Source of the DNA: a virus
Lineage: Duplodnaviria; Caudoviricetes
Virus record (IMG/VR): IMGVR_UViG_3300042315_000379
Location: 1-30,442 of that record
Direction: 5' to 3' (one strand)
DNA length: 30,442 bases
The notes beneath the pieces were generated by a model. That model had not been told where the DNA came from and searched no databases. It saw only the letters and a list, made by a program, of their open reading frames with translations. This document shows, piece after piece, positions 21,101-27,245 of the stretch (within the stretch, counting starts at the first letter, position 1; every line of letters starts with the position of its first letter). The position numbers and the translations under genes were made by a program.

Positions 21101-21476
21101 AGATGTTTACAATCGGGTCAACGAAAGAAAGAATGTGATGTTCAGCAAGAAGCCTATGAGTTCCGATGAGGTGAAGGATATCATGCAATCGGAGATCGAG
21201 GACAAGGCGAAGGTCAACGAGGATGTCTACAAGAAACTGCGCGGCTTTGAAGGTCTCGGCCTCACACCACAGCAACTCTACCAGATCACAACTGGTGCTG
21301 GCTACGGCAAGGATCGCACCAGACTGCTGTTCAATAAGGTCATGGATCGTCCGGTTCTTACTCCGGAGTTCATCAAGAAGATGTCCGATCCAAAGAACGA
21401 GCAGGGGCTGGAGCGTCTGAAGTCGGCCATCGAAGTACTACAAGGCACGCCAAGGTACATCTTGCTTGAGCCGTAA
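9147..21476 (+). CDS. Giant (4109 aa) polyvalent / ejection protein with zincin (HEYTH), degenerate zincin (EEAAH), HhH-glycosylase-like and GNAT-like modules
   Basis: Uninterrupted 12.3-kb ORF (start GTG 9147 or ATG 9156). LLHEYTHA...NEFVA.FFT...FQ..L at 14484; DWY/AITS/GPKI..F..N/VTIDLW/QAVLW at 16200-17492; LDAFD...LP.LY..YGF.PVAR..F...YAP.GW...PDVV.M near 18060-18210; Gly/Ala-rich hydrophobic stretches near both ends. Confidence 0.9.
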   Translation: MSAMSELDKLLRQDPEFLSINDWKKNNNTGDEIKNRRNYANYVRGEYVSAGLYDDRVANEIKQSTLESAFLDGVIKPDDEDAEIQLFAPEELDLDSKLQMVLTNLDTEEPAWQAASKYLAFKKANPEGVEVPEDIRLKGEDYFADAVMMADTGYRKAAKNAVRSGELPLAKVKNDEGEYEILVSPNLGSMNMAEAIRASKKGDISFADATAVQSKLSTPIGFNEPMYKIERYSQAASAIETYSKQDTHTAKIIQNYSDELAAADKDGRAPKSFDDYSSVLRYELNKSGLLPEDEAVTDEEISKAMTQIAYNNANAGGKFKLYDNPEEAYKNVRNVGFQSAFVHPSAMVNDTLFKQSVVDNPNLSEDQKKIIEARREPLIEQSFDQSNEILSKSSKSDEWLNALQAGRVNGKKNGEILKEFVSDPDNFNEIGDRLVGIGGSIIDGVGEMAAAIPMMMGADWARDYMVGNIKERSNRKEVARLFGAEYGVGQELMESIAPMLADMGATTLLAGLTAPAAGTGGALYLSSKQGARLTAKGMLKSMTSNALRQLPTETAEEAAERLVAQNLITASTKEAGVSGAQAAIKGFNSQLVKQVGIAPAIALPAFNRSAGSTYASVYTTLENNKDLTPEEKHDRALGAALTSGTITAAITAGFSGFGRSGLEGALLGGASRKQVKNIMARLGNVDDIPDEVFNEVVSKRVSETMKKYAFETSKEIGRNALDEGAEEGLDQFINGFVTDAATDENTPFLEKLEQAGRAALIGGVIGGGVPAIKAAKNAVSQRSDIGAQMAVEIDFAKGVSQKLTEAGSPLTAQTVYGILTAPRRTRAPIAQTILEASRQPAVETVTEIAEETPEVKDAGTPDIALTPERLTETLNNSTSPETVAKAIVDERGQSQFGFVEDIPLNEVAKRGRTVRKQTGPTDPVTQQMEFDFNSQRDNQPQDQLDLGLDTTAADKPKVKVKRTATVNKSVKKAGLAEQLGLDFDQAATEEQNNHIDANYSDEDLTDQERSDIEAELQGEIGQLPDNERIRATLELFGALESEQQAAVKPKGKKAAKNIPAQATAAPVKPPILGTGVGAREPMFAPDEFIDDELIGQEVSALSRIATLGYPVRLERKALHGLPQRGKYPTGYLVGKSDMAARKISELYPVRIDQNAVEAETIVSKEKVSFYDPKVKAVVRRTPKASIDKNGVGIFNNDPVSMKLLLDRHIPVVVPDSFVPSLNPSFRTYSYGNTRYLSDIVMTNPETGTGFVSVLTKEDKVISSEPNYKYYQNLSTFTALFNPEVMDRTVPDPKGGSGEVTLDSIIYDADQLYITASTDRPTSAYGDPVKAQATLRSILKPRKGTLELEFFEAALSGLNMSVRKEAYLHELRLGMDKFAERKSGEATPTLKTDKIKEAITDFVSRTKVDNKTAAVNIAKVFGSDINPEEQPDLVLQKFIEDTVLVRPPYMPSLREIGAKVGNAFAEQQRSRDIFARKALFQTTDPTDLAQLRDQIELFDPEAEAADDTFIIPREAYEAPDPSMIAKVLKEVAFDAADALDTDPEMRADVDRLLRRTVFKGNSAIDITKLSSNDVFGMLASWMASGNYNTNPDAIKFQRRLRDGEYVSGDRLRRMMKMMYLSSKTIEGNPTKDDAYVDSIRENLANSFGRSVSKQEASDFIKAIGGAAKPLWSRSYVRGEQIIFARQQNDAAVERLGLKTNDPESVINAFKVIASTEADPNKRLLAKLLLENQGYIRQVEFSIDESPLEYSGGYIVGSNGVPMISVNLDGHNGRGLADVLLHEYTHAFVGISVASPNENLNAAQRGSLQRLNGILELARRSAADSNITDPILLDGLENINEFVAHFFTSTDFQGYLKSLLPPTKQRGFFARTIDAVLDMFGLNRSKQANYQQAFTDLVDLTRAAVLRAPLTPKGLINRLANPASRTLQQVSEAAQAIRQTLGTSVEQPTQYEVYDRQTGEVVWTGTRRDIARQVQDNRDNAYGGYRFAVRQTGAATPTPETLASAIDQETEDLVSGIGAQDVVSATTETPAELTAKIKDLIRMVRRMVPAEFALEINTDMPYAAAFQGGKILLNPYAMSGTVAGLDPTSARGIVEAIMTEEAAHAASYNALTQQELDNYIATLKDSDFDAIIDSYYQSDEKRAEAKARIRSEDPAEAAREREGMAEEKLRMHSQKVTRGFTTEDDYTFWRAKPSLFQILGRYMKGFINRYMAGKSLATMNGAQRVALQRMVTEVRAINAGYRLTPNTLEFDAQNPHASLSQIATQLGAELTEAQELMPMSAVRVLHNDSAELPKPTSKITNAKVAIALADAAQKYWGRMITSTDITEEEKAEIIRNGTQEFIAALNASGKNAADWYSTAIDIAMEVAALIHPELSNIEAANKVPAFAAADNPVQAAQFAMRMALAITSQNINVKQNTKYAEEQFNILKQTGKFDSSKIYGTKALAIQSNLELANILVDSYGYGDAEAFVRKEFTVKELEEKASEIRGKKVTISGRQQDSVNGAAIFGPKIGQGFLQNLMSNFDPVTIDLWMRRTWGRWTGNVVGDGVTDERLANLLIGARDAKIKLPPFARQIKTVTRYNVLSTGKQGAPYQSVSSSVINRLETDLDYRNQFNQLAKDLFAEWQKQYKLLKDGSIKSTQNGESVSITYGKVTKELMADYRSGKIKLEDIIEDIKKFEDNLDKQFELEKAKAKKSGEKFKTKIADWRYDGYINADRTESFSNKDISELKPAWARAADVIKAELNPIDIPSDQDRRVITEIVNGIRAELESLGYVTTNADIQAVLWYPEKDLWSKLAGKEESNLKQSYDDEFINIATERGLGGEARQLAESVRADRATRNSQRDDARPNEEVFAGTHAAFKEARASQIGTQLTPTGYERLTPSIYELSLSTDPDAGRRFVEGISRTASEHPMGAAVEVKPAEYYNDSNNRLFLTEDGLAGVSVTSYGDLVSVFKHPTSKAKIKDILAEAAPYAVTLDAFDINGFLPDLYANYGFRPVARVPFSRDYAPQGWPFDLAGEPDVVLMVKDLDGDSGLLEIGVDGYEAIRDSIPVTDDYDAAMAMQAAAKEKVAEARASRASTLATQFGAASQLPAGFDADAIDYSNFLESLEMPLMEVGTYQSPSKLIDKLLKGELDPRILRLKNQRDFFNKATFDLVKRYKTKLDAIIKRDFGGIESAPIDLIQAATGSTKGIVVPEDVITQIEDDFTYDLEVIDMDDSLTADDKMVARDIAMANRNKTLADAEKAAADSIRTSRDQALADLAVTSPELVQHIVQLRTLTDELSKKVTELYGFPPELKAKFDNQLGIYLTRSYKMFDEVGYGEKVLNDPDYDRIREAAINFFEKQFVDSEVSRRISGPNSVPRAQAEAEAKRELGLKTMGGRSYGQLMMEEFVKSYDKSGGAISSASLSQSLKPLLDNIQMKRDIPEPIRNLLGEQGAEGGADNLLRSLVTVATMASNQSFLNHVRDVGRASGWLLTASELSEARKKDYDTYKDYKSVRESTTSSYDPIGELYGPPEMVEGFRKVFSPDGVRFNQTAAQDAVAKTIGVAAKMSGGAMAAKTLGSIGFYVRNIVSNALFFAPAQGFVNLKSMSQSAYKEIWGNALRDPDAIDAYRTKLISLGVIGDDINTNIMASMLRGGTSDDIETQLDKLLDTASKGLKPLKWLSDRAQVLSGSVDAFYKIAYYENELRVLKEARVVDTGSMASMSDQQLERMAAEKVLATAQSSSQAPPIVREFTQSGLGLLFAPFVRFKVEVPRIILNTYKTAWAEMNSSNPVLKSRGIKRFSGMSLMLGGISMVAPAIISMVRGIGDDEDEALRSSVPDYLRNHTFFYRRKDNGQLQSWDLTFLNPFSIAADPAMRSLELIFKGRPADAAAKFIETAIFDQYLDDQILSSAVQSLRDNENPTTGKPIYEPKLDNVGISLLKSATFLFKEAYQPSVVKRAIESYQAVGADYTEFDDSPIGILMREFYPVKPHNIELDKQLRRYLSETRDVYNRVNERKNVMFSKKPMSSDEVKDIMQSEIEDKAKVNEDVYKKLRGFEGLGLTPQQLYQITTGAGYGKDRTRLLFNKVMDRPVLTPEFIKKMSDPKNEQGLERLKSAIEVLQGTPRYILLEP

Positions 21477-21520
21477 AACAAAAAAGGGGGCAACGCCAAT
21501 CGGCGAAGCCCCCTTTGTTT
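21477..21520. terminator. Bidirectional rho-independent terminator
   Basis: AAAGGGGGC-aa-CGCC-aatc-GGCG-aa-GCCCCCTTT stem, A-run on the left and T-rich run on the right, between convergent genes. Confidence 0.88.
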
Positions 21521-21534
21521 GGTTATGTTTTATG

Positions 21535-21882
21535 TTATTCCGCTGATGCGAACGCCGCCGCGTAAACCCAAGGCGGGATCTGGTGGCACAGCGTGTCTAC
21601 CTTTCTCCGCCGTTCGATCTCTGCCTCCGCCTTATTCCGGAGAGTAACGAACCAAGTTGCCTTGCTCTCCTTCTTCAGTCTGGTACAGGCTTGATGGATC
21701 GTCGATGCGTCACGGCCAACTAACGCCGCGATCTGTGCATAGGTAAGTCCGCGCTTGCGGAGCATGACCATCAACACCGAACGAAACGCGGTCGGGACTT
21801 TCCTCATGCTGGTCAGAAGTTCGGACACCGGAATCTTTGCGAGCCTCGCCATGACGAGGATCAATTCGTTATCTGTTTCCAT
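21535..21882 (-). CDS. HTH protein resembling the DnaA C-terminal (domain IV) fold
   Basis: I.VSELL...R......R.V.M..LR..GLT..QIA..VGRD.STI..A pattern; no AAA+ domain. Confidence 0.7.
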   Translation of the reverse strand: METDNELILVMARLAKIPVSELLTSMRKVPTAFRSVLMVMLRKRGLTYAQIAALVGRDASTIHQACTRLKKESKATWFVTLRNKAEAEIERRRKVDTLCHQIPPWVYAAAFASAE

Positions 21883-21890
21883 CGCGGCGA

Positions 21891-22166
21891 TTACTTGGAG
21901 AAGTTATCTGTCACCAATGCGATGGCCGCCTCGATCAGATGCATCGATGCCTCGATGTCCACATAGTCATCCTCCAGTTCCGGATCGATGATCGAGCAGA
22001 CGATCGCTCTTGCGAACGCGTCCCGTGTACCTTTCAAGTGGAGCTTACTGGATCGGATACTGAACGCCGTAGTGAATACGATGACGGCCCAATGGTTCTC
22101 TTCCTTGCGGGCCTTCACCTCTACTGGCTGGCCGTCGATTTCAATTAGTGTTTGAGTTGGTTTCAT
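21891..22166 (-). CDS. Hypothetical protein (91 aa)
   Basis: ORF with A-rich leader in a tightly packed leftward array. Confidence 0.75.
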   Translation of the reverse strand: MKPTQTLIEIDGQPVEVKARKEENHWAVIVFTTAFSIRSSKLHLKGTRDAFARAIVCSIIDPELEDDYVDIEASMHLIEAAIALVTDNFSK

Positions 22167-22196
22167 TATTATTATTTGTTGGATGTTAGTTAGTTG

Positions 22197-22400
22197 TTAG
22201 AGCGACAAGGCAATGGCACAGGCCGCCGTGATGAATACCAGTGTTGCCAGTATCGCAATCGACAAAGCCTTCGCCGGACTGGAATAGTCTTCCGGTATCG
22301 GCTGGTGGAATCCCTTTTGCGGTGGCTCGAACGGCATGGTGGTTGGCTTGGGGTCTGGGTTTGAGATATTGTGTAGTACTATTTTCTGTTTTGCAAGCAT
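22197..22400 (-). CDS. Small protein with C-terminal transmembrane helix (start 22400 or 22337)
   Basis: Hydrophobic tail ALSIAILATLVFITAACAIALSL. Confidence 0.65.
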   Translation of the reverse strand: MLAKQKIVLHNISNPDPKPTTMPFEPPQKGFHQPIPEDYSSPAKALSIAILATLVFITAACAIALSL

Positions 22401-22412
22401 TGTATTTGGTAG

Positions 22413-22961
22413 TTAGTAGTTCAGTATGGCGTGGATGGCGAGCAGGATCATGGCTCTCTTCTTGGCCGGAACCATGTTGAGATCCAGCTTGATTCGGGAC
22501 GCGAACGGCGAGCCTAATTGCAGGTGTAGCTTCTTGAATAGCGGATCCTCCGGCAACGGCTCGTTGTCCGGATAGCCGAGCTGTGTGCGGATCGCGTCTT
22601 CAAACTCCCTCTGTCCTCTTTCCTTCTCTTGCTGTTGGGTCTGTATGTTTCTGACCATCTTATCTATCAACGATTCGTATCCCGTTCTTTCCGGAATCGG
22701 CTCTGCATTTACTCGATCGATCTTGTCTTCAAGCGCGGCGAGGAATCGGTCTGAATACTGGTCGAGCCACAGCACCTTCAATCCGAGTTCCGGTGGTCTA
22801 GCGATGATGATGGAGTCGCCCCTCACCGCCCATCGGATCGGATAGTTTCTGACCTTCAAGCCTCTGTCTTCCAATGCCCGCATCAGCACTCGTATGTCGG
22901 GCAATGTGGTTAGCTTGATCGATTGTTCCTTGTTGAGGATTTCTTCAATGTTGTATTTCAT
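22413..22961 (-). CDS. Hypothetical protein (182 aa)
   Basis: Long ORF with A/C-rich leader, co-oriented with neighbours. Confidence 0.8.
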   Translation of the reverse strand: MKYNIEEILNKEQSIKLTTLPDIRVLMRALEDRGLKVRNYPIRWAVRGDSIIIARPPELGLKVLWLDQYSDRFLAALEDKIDRVNAEPIPERTGYESLIDKMVRNIQTQQQEKERGQREFEDAIRTQLGYPDNEPLPEDPLFKKLHLQLGSPFASRIKLDLNMVPAKKRAMILLAIHAILNY

Positions 22962-22973
22962 AATCTGTTTTGG

Positions 22974-23093
22974 TTAGTGATTCGGGAAGTCGTCTCCATC
23001 ATTCGATGTCACGATGTACACAGCCAGCGCGACAACGCCGAACGATACCAGTACCGGAATCGATTCGATCAATGTTTCAAGGTGTGGGTTCAT
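22974..23093 (-). CDS. Small membrane peptide (39 aa, MNPHLETLIESIPVLVSFGVVALAVYIV...)
   Basis: The 3' end of track ORF 22974..23498; its ATG overlaps the upstream stop (ATGA); single hydrophobic helix. Confidence 0.6.
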   Translation of the reverse strand: MNPHLETLIESIPVLVSFGVVALAVYIVTSNDGDDFPNH

Positions 23094-23263
23094 GGCTTCG
23101 TGATGATGGCTTTGATGGTTCTGGATACAGCGTGCAGGAATCCGGATACAGGTTGGATCCTCCGTTGCCAGCGTTGCTCGCGTGCTTGTCGTTCGCGTAG
23201 TCCGTTGATGATGGCGAGTGTCAGATGGACATCGCGTCCGATTGTTATGTGGTTGGTACTCAT
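23090..23263 (-). CDS. Hypothetical basic protein (57 aa, MSTNHITIGRD...)
   Basis: Read manually. A/C-rich leader, and an ATGA overlap with the next gene. Confidence 0.6.
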   Translation of the reverse strand: MSTNHITIGRDVHLTLAIINGLRERQAREQRWQRRIQPVSGFLHAVSRTIKAIITKP

Positions 23264-23280
23264 ATTGTTTAGTGTTTGGT

Positions 23281-23580
23281 TTAGGGTACGATGTGGGTTG
23301 GTTCATTGAAGCTGACGACAAGCGTCGGCGGTTCCGGTTGTGGTGGGGCGACTGCATTGTCGAGGAAATTCTCAAGCCGCTTGGTGATGCCGAGCGTGTC
23401 TTGGGCCAGTTGCTTGCACTCGTCGAGCGAGTCGAGCAGTCGTTCGCTGACCGGACGATCGTTGAAGAACAACCGCCAGCCGTGCTTCGGCTTGCCACTT
23501 CTGGTAGCTATTGCCACGCGCTCGAACTCCAGCCGTCCGCATTGGGACACATATCCGATCTCTGTTCTTTTAAGTTTCAT
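23281..23580 (-). CDS. Hypothetical protein (99 aa)
   Basis: Fits the array with short spacing on both sides. Confidence 0.72.
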   Translation of the reverse strand: MKLKRTEIGYVSQCGRLEFERVAIATRSGKPKHGWRLFFNDRPVSERLLDSLDECKQLAQDTLGITKRLENFLDNAVAPPQPEPPTLVVSFNEPTHIVP

Positions 23581-23589
23581 GGTATCGAG

Positions 23590-24084
23590 TTAGTTAAATT
23601 CCTTGAGGAGTTGATCGTCGCTCTTTTTGGTATAGAGAAAGGTCTGGCTGTATAAAACCCAAACCCCATCCCTCCTGCCCTCTTCGTGCTGGAGGGTGAG
23701 TCCTTCGTACTTGTCGAAGTCATCGCCGAAACGCTTGGCTGGTAAGATGCGGGGCGGAAACTTGTTCGATGTGTTACCGATCTGCTTGACATTATGTTCG
23801 ATGACAACGCGCCGGATGCCGCGCTCGATGGTCTCCGGCTCCGGCTCCGGCTTCGTGCGCTTGTCCTCCACTTGGATGCGTTTGTATTTTGGTATGCGCC
23901 CAACGACATAGTAGATTTCAGCTTGGATTTCTCCGTCACAAGTGTGTAGTCTCAACTCTGCGCCCATGTGTAGGGTGTGCCATTCATTTCCGCCAGTGTA
24001 GGCTGGAAAGAATAGCGTGTCTTCGTCCGATAGGAAGGGCAACAAGAGGGCGGTGAGTTGGTCGTGCAGTATTACTTTGTTCAT
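23590..24084 (-). CDS. Hypothetical protein (164 aa)
   Basis: Leader nearly identical to that of the upstream gene; PEPEPE linker suggests two small domains. Confidence 0.78.
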   Translation of the reverse strand: MNKVILHDQLTALLLPFLSDEDTLFFPAYTGGNEWHTLHMGAELRLHTCDGEIQAEIYYVVGRIPKYKRIQVEDKRTKPEPEPETIERGIRRVVIEHNVKQIGNTSNKFPPRILPAKRFGDDFDKYEGLTLQHEEGRRDGVWVLYSQTFLYTKKSDDQLLKEFN

Positions 24085-24107
24085 ATGTTTGTCTTTCTGT
24101 TTAGTGT

Positions 24108-24410
24108 TTATTTGGCCAGCGTTTCGAGTGCAGTCTCCGATGCGAACCGGATGAACTCGTCGGCGAGAATCTGGATGAGGTCATCGAGTTCCTCATATGG
24201 TTCGGCCATCGGGTGGGAGCTGTAATAATAGTGCCGTTCGATAGGATCCCACACTTCCAACTCTTGCTGGTCGGCGATGGCTTCCTTGTCGCCGCTATCG
24301 GGATCGGCAAGGATGGCTCTACGGATCCGCGATCCAGACCAGTCGTCGTGTGATGACGAGAGGTAGAATGAGGCGGCGAGTTTGTATGCTTTATCTTCTA
24401 GTGTATTCAT
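24108..24410 (-). CDS. Acidic hypothetical protein (100 aa)
   Basis: ORF preceded by the shared ACTAAACAGAAAAACAAACAT leader. Confidence 0.78.
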   Translation of the reverse strand: MNTLEDKAYKLAASFYLSSSHDDWSGSRIRRAILADPDSGDKEAIADQQELEVWDPIERHYYYSSHPMAEPYEELDDLIQILADEFIRFASETALETLAK

Positions 24411-24501
24411 ATGTTTGTTTTTCTGTTTAGTAGTTCATGCTCCAGCTACGCGGTAAGCTACGCGGCATCCATCGTGCAGGATGCGGGCTTCTTGTCATAT
24501 G

Positions 24502-24645
24502 TTAATCACGATAATCATCGTAGGCATCTTTGAGAGCGGAGTTAATCTCTTCCGCCTCTATGCATTCGGGATCCACTAGCATAATTGCATCTTTCGCGAG
24601 TGAATAAATCTTGGCTACGATTTCGTCTTTGTTTTTTTCTGGCAT
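24502..24645 (-). CDS. Small acidic hypothetical protein (47 aa, MPEKNKDEIVAKIYSLAKD...)
   Basis: Read manually; A-rich leader; fills the gap after the vWA gene. Confidence 0.55.
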   Translation of the reverse strand: MPEKNKDEIVAKIYSLAKDAIMLVDPECIEAEEINSALKDAYDDYRD

Positions 24646-24706
24646 ATTTTTAATGGTTATCTAGTTTAGCTTCCGCGTGATCAGATGCGCGGCCCCTGTT
24701 TGTTTG

Positions 24707-26164
24707 TCAGCGGTGAGTGAATGAGACTACCTCACCGAAAGTGTATGGCTTGGCGATCGCCGTGCCGTAGTCGAGCCAGAGGACTGGAGCTTGCGGCTGG
24801 CGTACATCGGGCCAGTCGTACGCCTCGCCATCGGTGAGGTACACGATCGCGTCAACCTCCGGAGCGTGAGCCTCGATCCAGTCGAAGGCTGGCTGGAACA
24901 TCGTGCCGCCGCCGCCCTTGAGGGTTGGCGGGATCACATCTCCGGCATAGTACTCGTCGGCCTGTTGCACACGCCAGTCGCATGAGATCAGATGGACTGA
25001 CTCAACGGATCCGGAATCGAGCGCGTGTTGCACTTCGCCAAGCATCTCGATGAGCAGGGACTGCGGCACGCTGATGCTGGTGTCGATCACTACGGCCACG
25101 CTGTTGAGAGCGCGTTGCTTGCGGCCAGCCGCTACCACTCCGGTCGAGTTGTAGACTGGCGCGTTGAACGGCGCGTCCCATCCGTTGCGGCGTGAGCTGG
25201 TGAGGAACTGGCGGAGGTACTCTGCCCAGTCCGTTCCGGTGTCCTTGCGGCGGAGCTTGTCGAGCGTGCGGTTCCCGCCTCCGCCGATTCCGGCGCGTGC
25301 GTTGACCGCATCCTCCAGCATCTGGCGTTCGTTGTCCGCTTCGATCTCGCGTTGGATATCGTCGATCGACTCTCCGGCATCGGCTTCCGGCTCGGCCAGA
25401 TCGTCGGATCCTCCGCCGACGAAGTCATCGCCAAGGATCTCGCGGTCGGACTGCTTGCCGCCGTTGCCGCCGTTGCCGCTGTCGTCGGACTGCTGGTCGC
25501 TGTCGCTGTCGCTGTCGCCGCTGTCATCGGACTGCTGGTCGCCGTTGCCGCCGTTGCCGCTGTCGTCGGACTGCTGGTCGTCGCTGTCATCGGACTGCTG
25601 GTCGCCGCTGTCATCGGACTGCTGGTCGCCGCTGTCGCTGTCGCCGCTGTCGTCGGACTGCTGATCGGGCTGTGGCTGTGGCTTGTCGTCCTGCTTGGCG
25701 GGCTTGGCCAGTTGCTGGTAGACCTGCTCCGCGCTGAAGTCGCGGCTGATCGATTCGTCGAAGAGGATGCCTTCGATGAAGGGGAATGGGACGAAGCCGT
25801 GCTTGCCGTGAACCTCTGTGTTGCGTGCCTTGATCAAGGCATTGATCACATAGTCCGCCGCGATGTTCGCGGTCTTGGCATCGGCCAACAGGCGAAGCCG
25901 GAGCGAGTGATTCAAGAGCGCGTGCAGAGCCTCATGCACAAGCAAGAAGGAGGTGAGGCCAACCGGATCGCTTGTGCGGTCGAGCTTGGCAAGGCCGTCC
26001 GGATTGAGCAACAGGCGGCGGCCATCGGTCGCGCCGTAGCTTGTGGCATCGGTCGCCTCCCATCGGAGCGCGAGCAGTTTGCCGTAGGCCAGCGGCCAAT
26101 GTTGTGAGACGCGCCTCATGGCGGCGGCGAGGGTCGGTGTGTGGTCAGCGTTCATGTTCTTCAT
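24707..26164 (-). CDS. Predicted metallopeptidase plus vWA domain protein (DUF2201-like)
   Basis: ATDG...HEALH...H..R...NIAADYVIN in the N-domain; MIDAS elements IDTSIS, GGGT.F, YLTDG in the C-domain; acidic repeat linker. Confidence 0.88.
   Translation of the reverse strand: MKNMNADHTPTLAAAMRRVSQHWPLAYGKLLALRWEATDATSYGATDGRRLLLNPDGLAKLDRTSDPVGLTSFLLVHEALHALLNHSLRLRLLADAKTANIAADYVINALIKARNTEVHGKHGFVPFPFIEGILFDESISRDFSAEQVYQQLAKPAKQDDKPQPQPDQQSDDSGDSDSGDQQSDDSGDQQSDDSDDQQSDDSGNGGNGDQQSDDSGDSDSDSDQQSDDSGNGGNGGKQSDREILGDDFVGGGSDDLAEPEADAGESIDDIQREIEADNERQMLEDAVNARAGIGGGGNRTLDKLRRKDTGTDWAEYLRQFLTSSRRNGWDAPFNAPVYNSTGVVAAGRKQRALNSVAVVIDTSISVPQSLLIEMLGEVQHALDSGSVESVHLISCDWRVQQADEYYAGDVIPPTLKGGGGTMFQPAFDWIEAHAPEVDAIVYLTDGEAYDWPDVRQPQAPVLWLDYGTAIAKPYTFGEVVSFTHR
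25445..25666 (-). repeat. Coding minisatellite: six DQQSDDS units with variable spacers
   Basis: Repeated GCTGTC(A/G)TCGGACTGCTG cores with GDSDSG or GNGGNG inserts. Confidence 0.95.
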
Positions 26165-26177
26165 TGATTACGGGTTC

Positions 26178-26206
26178 AAGGTACGGGATGCAGGATGGGG
26201 TGTCAA
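26178..26206 (-). promoter_or_regulatory. Sigma70-type promoter for the vWA gene
   Basis: TTGACA-17 bp-TACCTT with an upstream A-tract (AGAAAATA); ATG 13 nt after the -10 element. Confidence 0.75.
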
Positions 26207-26244
26207 ACTATTTTCTTTTATTAAGTTTGGCACCCCATTGGATA

Positions 26245-27120
26245 TCAGATGCCCAAGTCAGCGAGGGTCTGCTCCGCCTTGCGGTGAGCCTCCGCGATGC
26301 GATCGGCGGCGGCATCACGCTGGCCCTTGGACAGGCTGGCGGCATCCGATACTTCCTCGACCGACTGGCGGAGGGACTCGACCAGCTTGTCGAGTTCCGG
26401 CAAGGCAAGCCAGTTCTTCGCGGCGATATCGTCGGCGGCGGCGCGGATGTTATCGAACCGCTCTTGGCGGATCCGCTTGCCGTTGCGGACTTGATCGACC
26501 GACTCCGCAAGATTGGCGATGAGGTCGCGGACAGGATAGCCGTGAGCGGCCAGCAAGTCAGAGCGAACCGCTTGCTCCGACGATGCGCGTACCCTCGCGG
26601 CGGTCTCCGATGTTACCGATTCGAGCGGCGTGCCGGAGATCGGGGCGGGCTGGCCAAGCCAAGTCAGCGAGAGCGTGAAGCGGTTGGCGAACTCATCGGC
26701 GGTCGGCCACTCGACTTCCCATGCGAGCTGGCCAAGATCATTGCGGGCCGCCGCCACAAGGGACGGCCACTCCGCCACGATGTCTTGCCGGATCGTCGCC
26801 AGCTTGGCGGTCGCGTCATCGAAGATCTGTTGCACGCTGTCAATGTCCTTGGCTTGGACATAGGACGCGCCTTCGATGGCGGTACAGGGGAGTGCATACT
26901 TGCGGATCGCGTTCTGCGTCGAGCTTACCAATGCGGCGGCTCGGCCAACGGCGGAGCCTTTACGCTCGATGATCGTGGCCCGCACGCGAGCCGACTTCTT
27001 CGACGCGCCGTTGTCCTTGGCCAGCTTGGCGGTCGCGCCCTTATGTAGGGTGCTGGTACTTGGCGCGGTGCTGGAGAGCTTGACGAGAACCAGCGAATTG
27101 ATTTGAGTGAGGTTTTGCAT
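26245..27120 (-). CDS. Helical partner protein of the MoxR/vWA pair (DUF3150-like)
   Basis: 291 aa from ATG 27120. N-terminal LVLVKLS, central WPT.DE....F...L and position between AAA and vWA genes. The family call is tentative. Confidence 0.65.
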   Translation of the reverse strand: MQNLTQINSLVLVKLSSTAPSTSTLHKGATAKLAKDNGASKKSARVRATIIERKGSAVGRAAALVSSTQNAIRKYALPCTAIEGASYVQAKDIDSVQQIFDDATAKLATIRQDIVAEWPSLVAAARNDLGQLAWEVEWPTADEFANRFTLSLTWLGQPAPISGTPLESVTSETAARVRASSEQAVRSDLLAAHGYPVRDLIANLAESVDQVRNGKRIRQERFDNIRAAADDIAAKNWLALPELDKLVESLRQSVEEVSDAASLSKGQRDAAADRIAEAHRKAEQTLADLGI

Positions 27121-27159
27121 ATTTTGTTTTTCTATTTGGAGTTGGTTATTTGATTGGGT

Positions 27160-27205
27160 TGCCGCCACTTTACAGGCGGACGGCGTGCCGTCAATGTTAT
27201 TTTCT
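27160..27205 (-). promoter_or_regulatory. 46-bp direct repeat copy 1, containing promoter TTGACG-16-TAAAGT
   Basis: Identical to 28356-28401. Confidence 0.85.
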
Positions 27206-27221
27206 TTGATGCCCTATCTGT

Positions 27222-27238
27222 TAGTGCGGGCCGCACTA
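27222..27238. repeat. 17-bp palindrome TAGTGCGG-G-CCGCACTA, copy 1
   Basis: Perfect 8-bp arms; intergenic. Confidence 0.95.
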
Positions 27239-27245
27239 GTGGGGG

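Noticed and set aside
9269-21499. Many short and antisense ORFs inside the giant gene
   Set aside because: Expected from codon bias in a long gene; no motifs or expression signals.
21535-21882. Gene symbol dnaA
   Set aside because: Only a domain IV-like HTH is present, with no AAA+ domain.
22974-23498. 174-aa track ORF
   Set aside because: Better explained by three shorter genes with proper leaders and ATGA coupling; only its last 39 codons were kept.
24440-24696. Short repeat AGCTACGCGG x2 and small hairpins (GCATCC/GGATGC, CCGCG/CGCGG) as an ncRNA or terminator
   Set aside because: Stems are short, there is no U-tract and no second copy, so evidence is insufficient.
25132-27048. Long alternative-frame ORFs (25352..26107 +, 26041..27048 +, 25132..25614 -)
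   Set aside because: They are shadows of GC-rich, repeat-containing real genes; their low complexity derives from the minisatellite.
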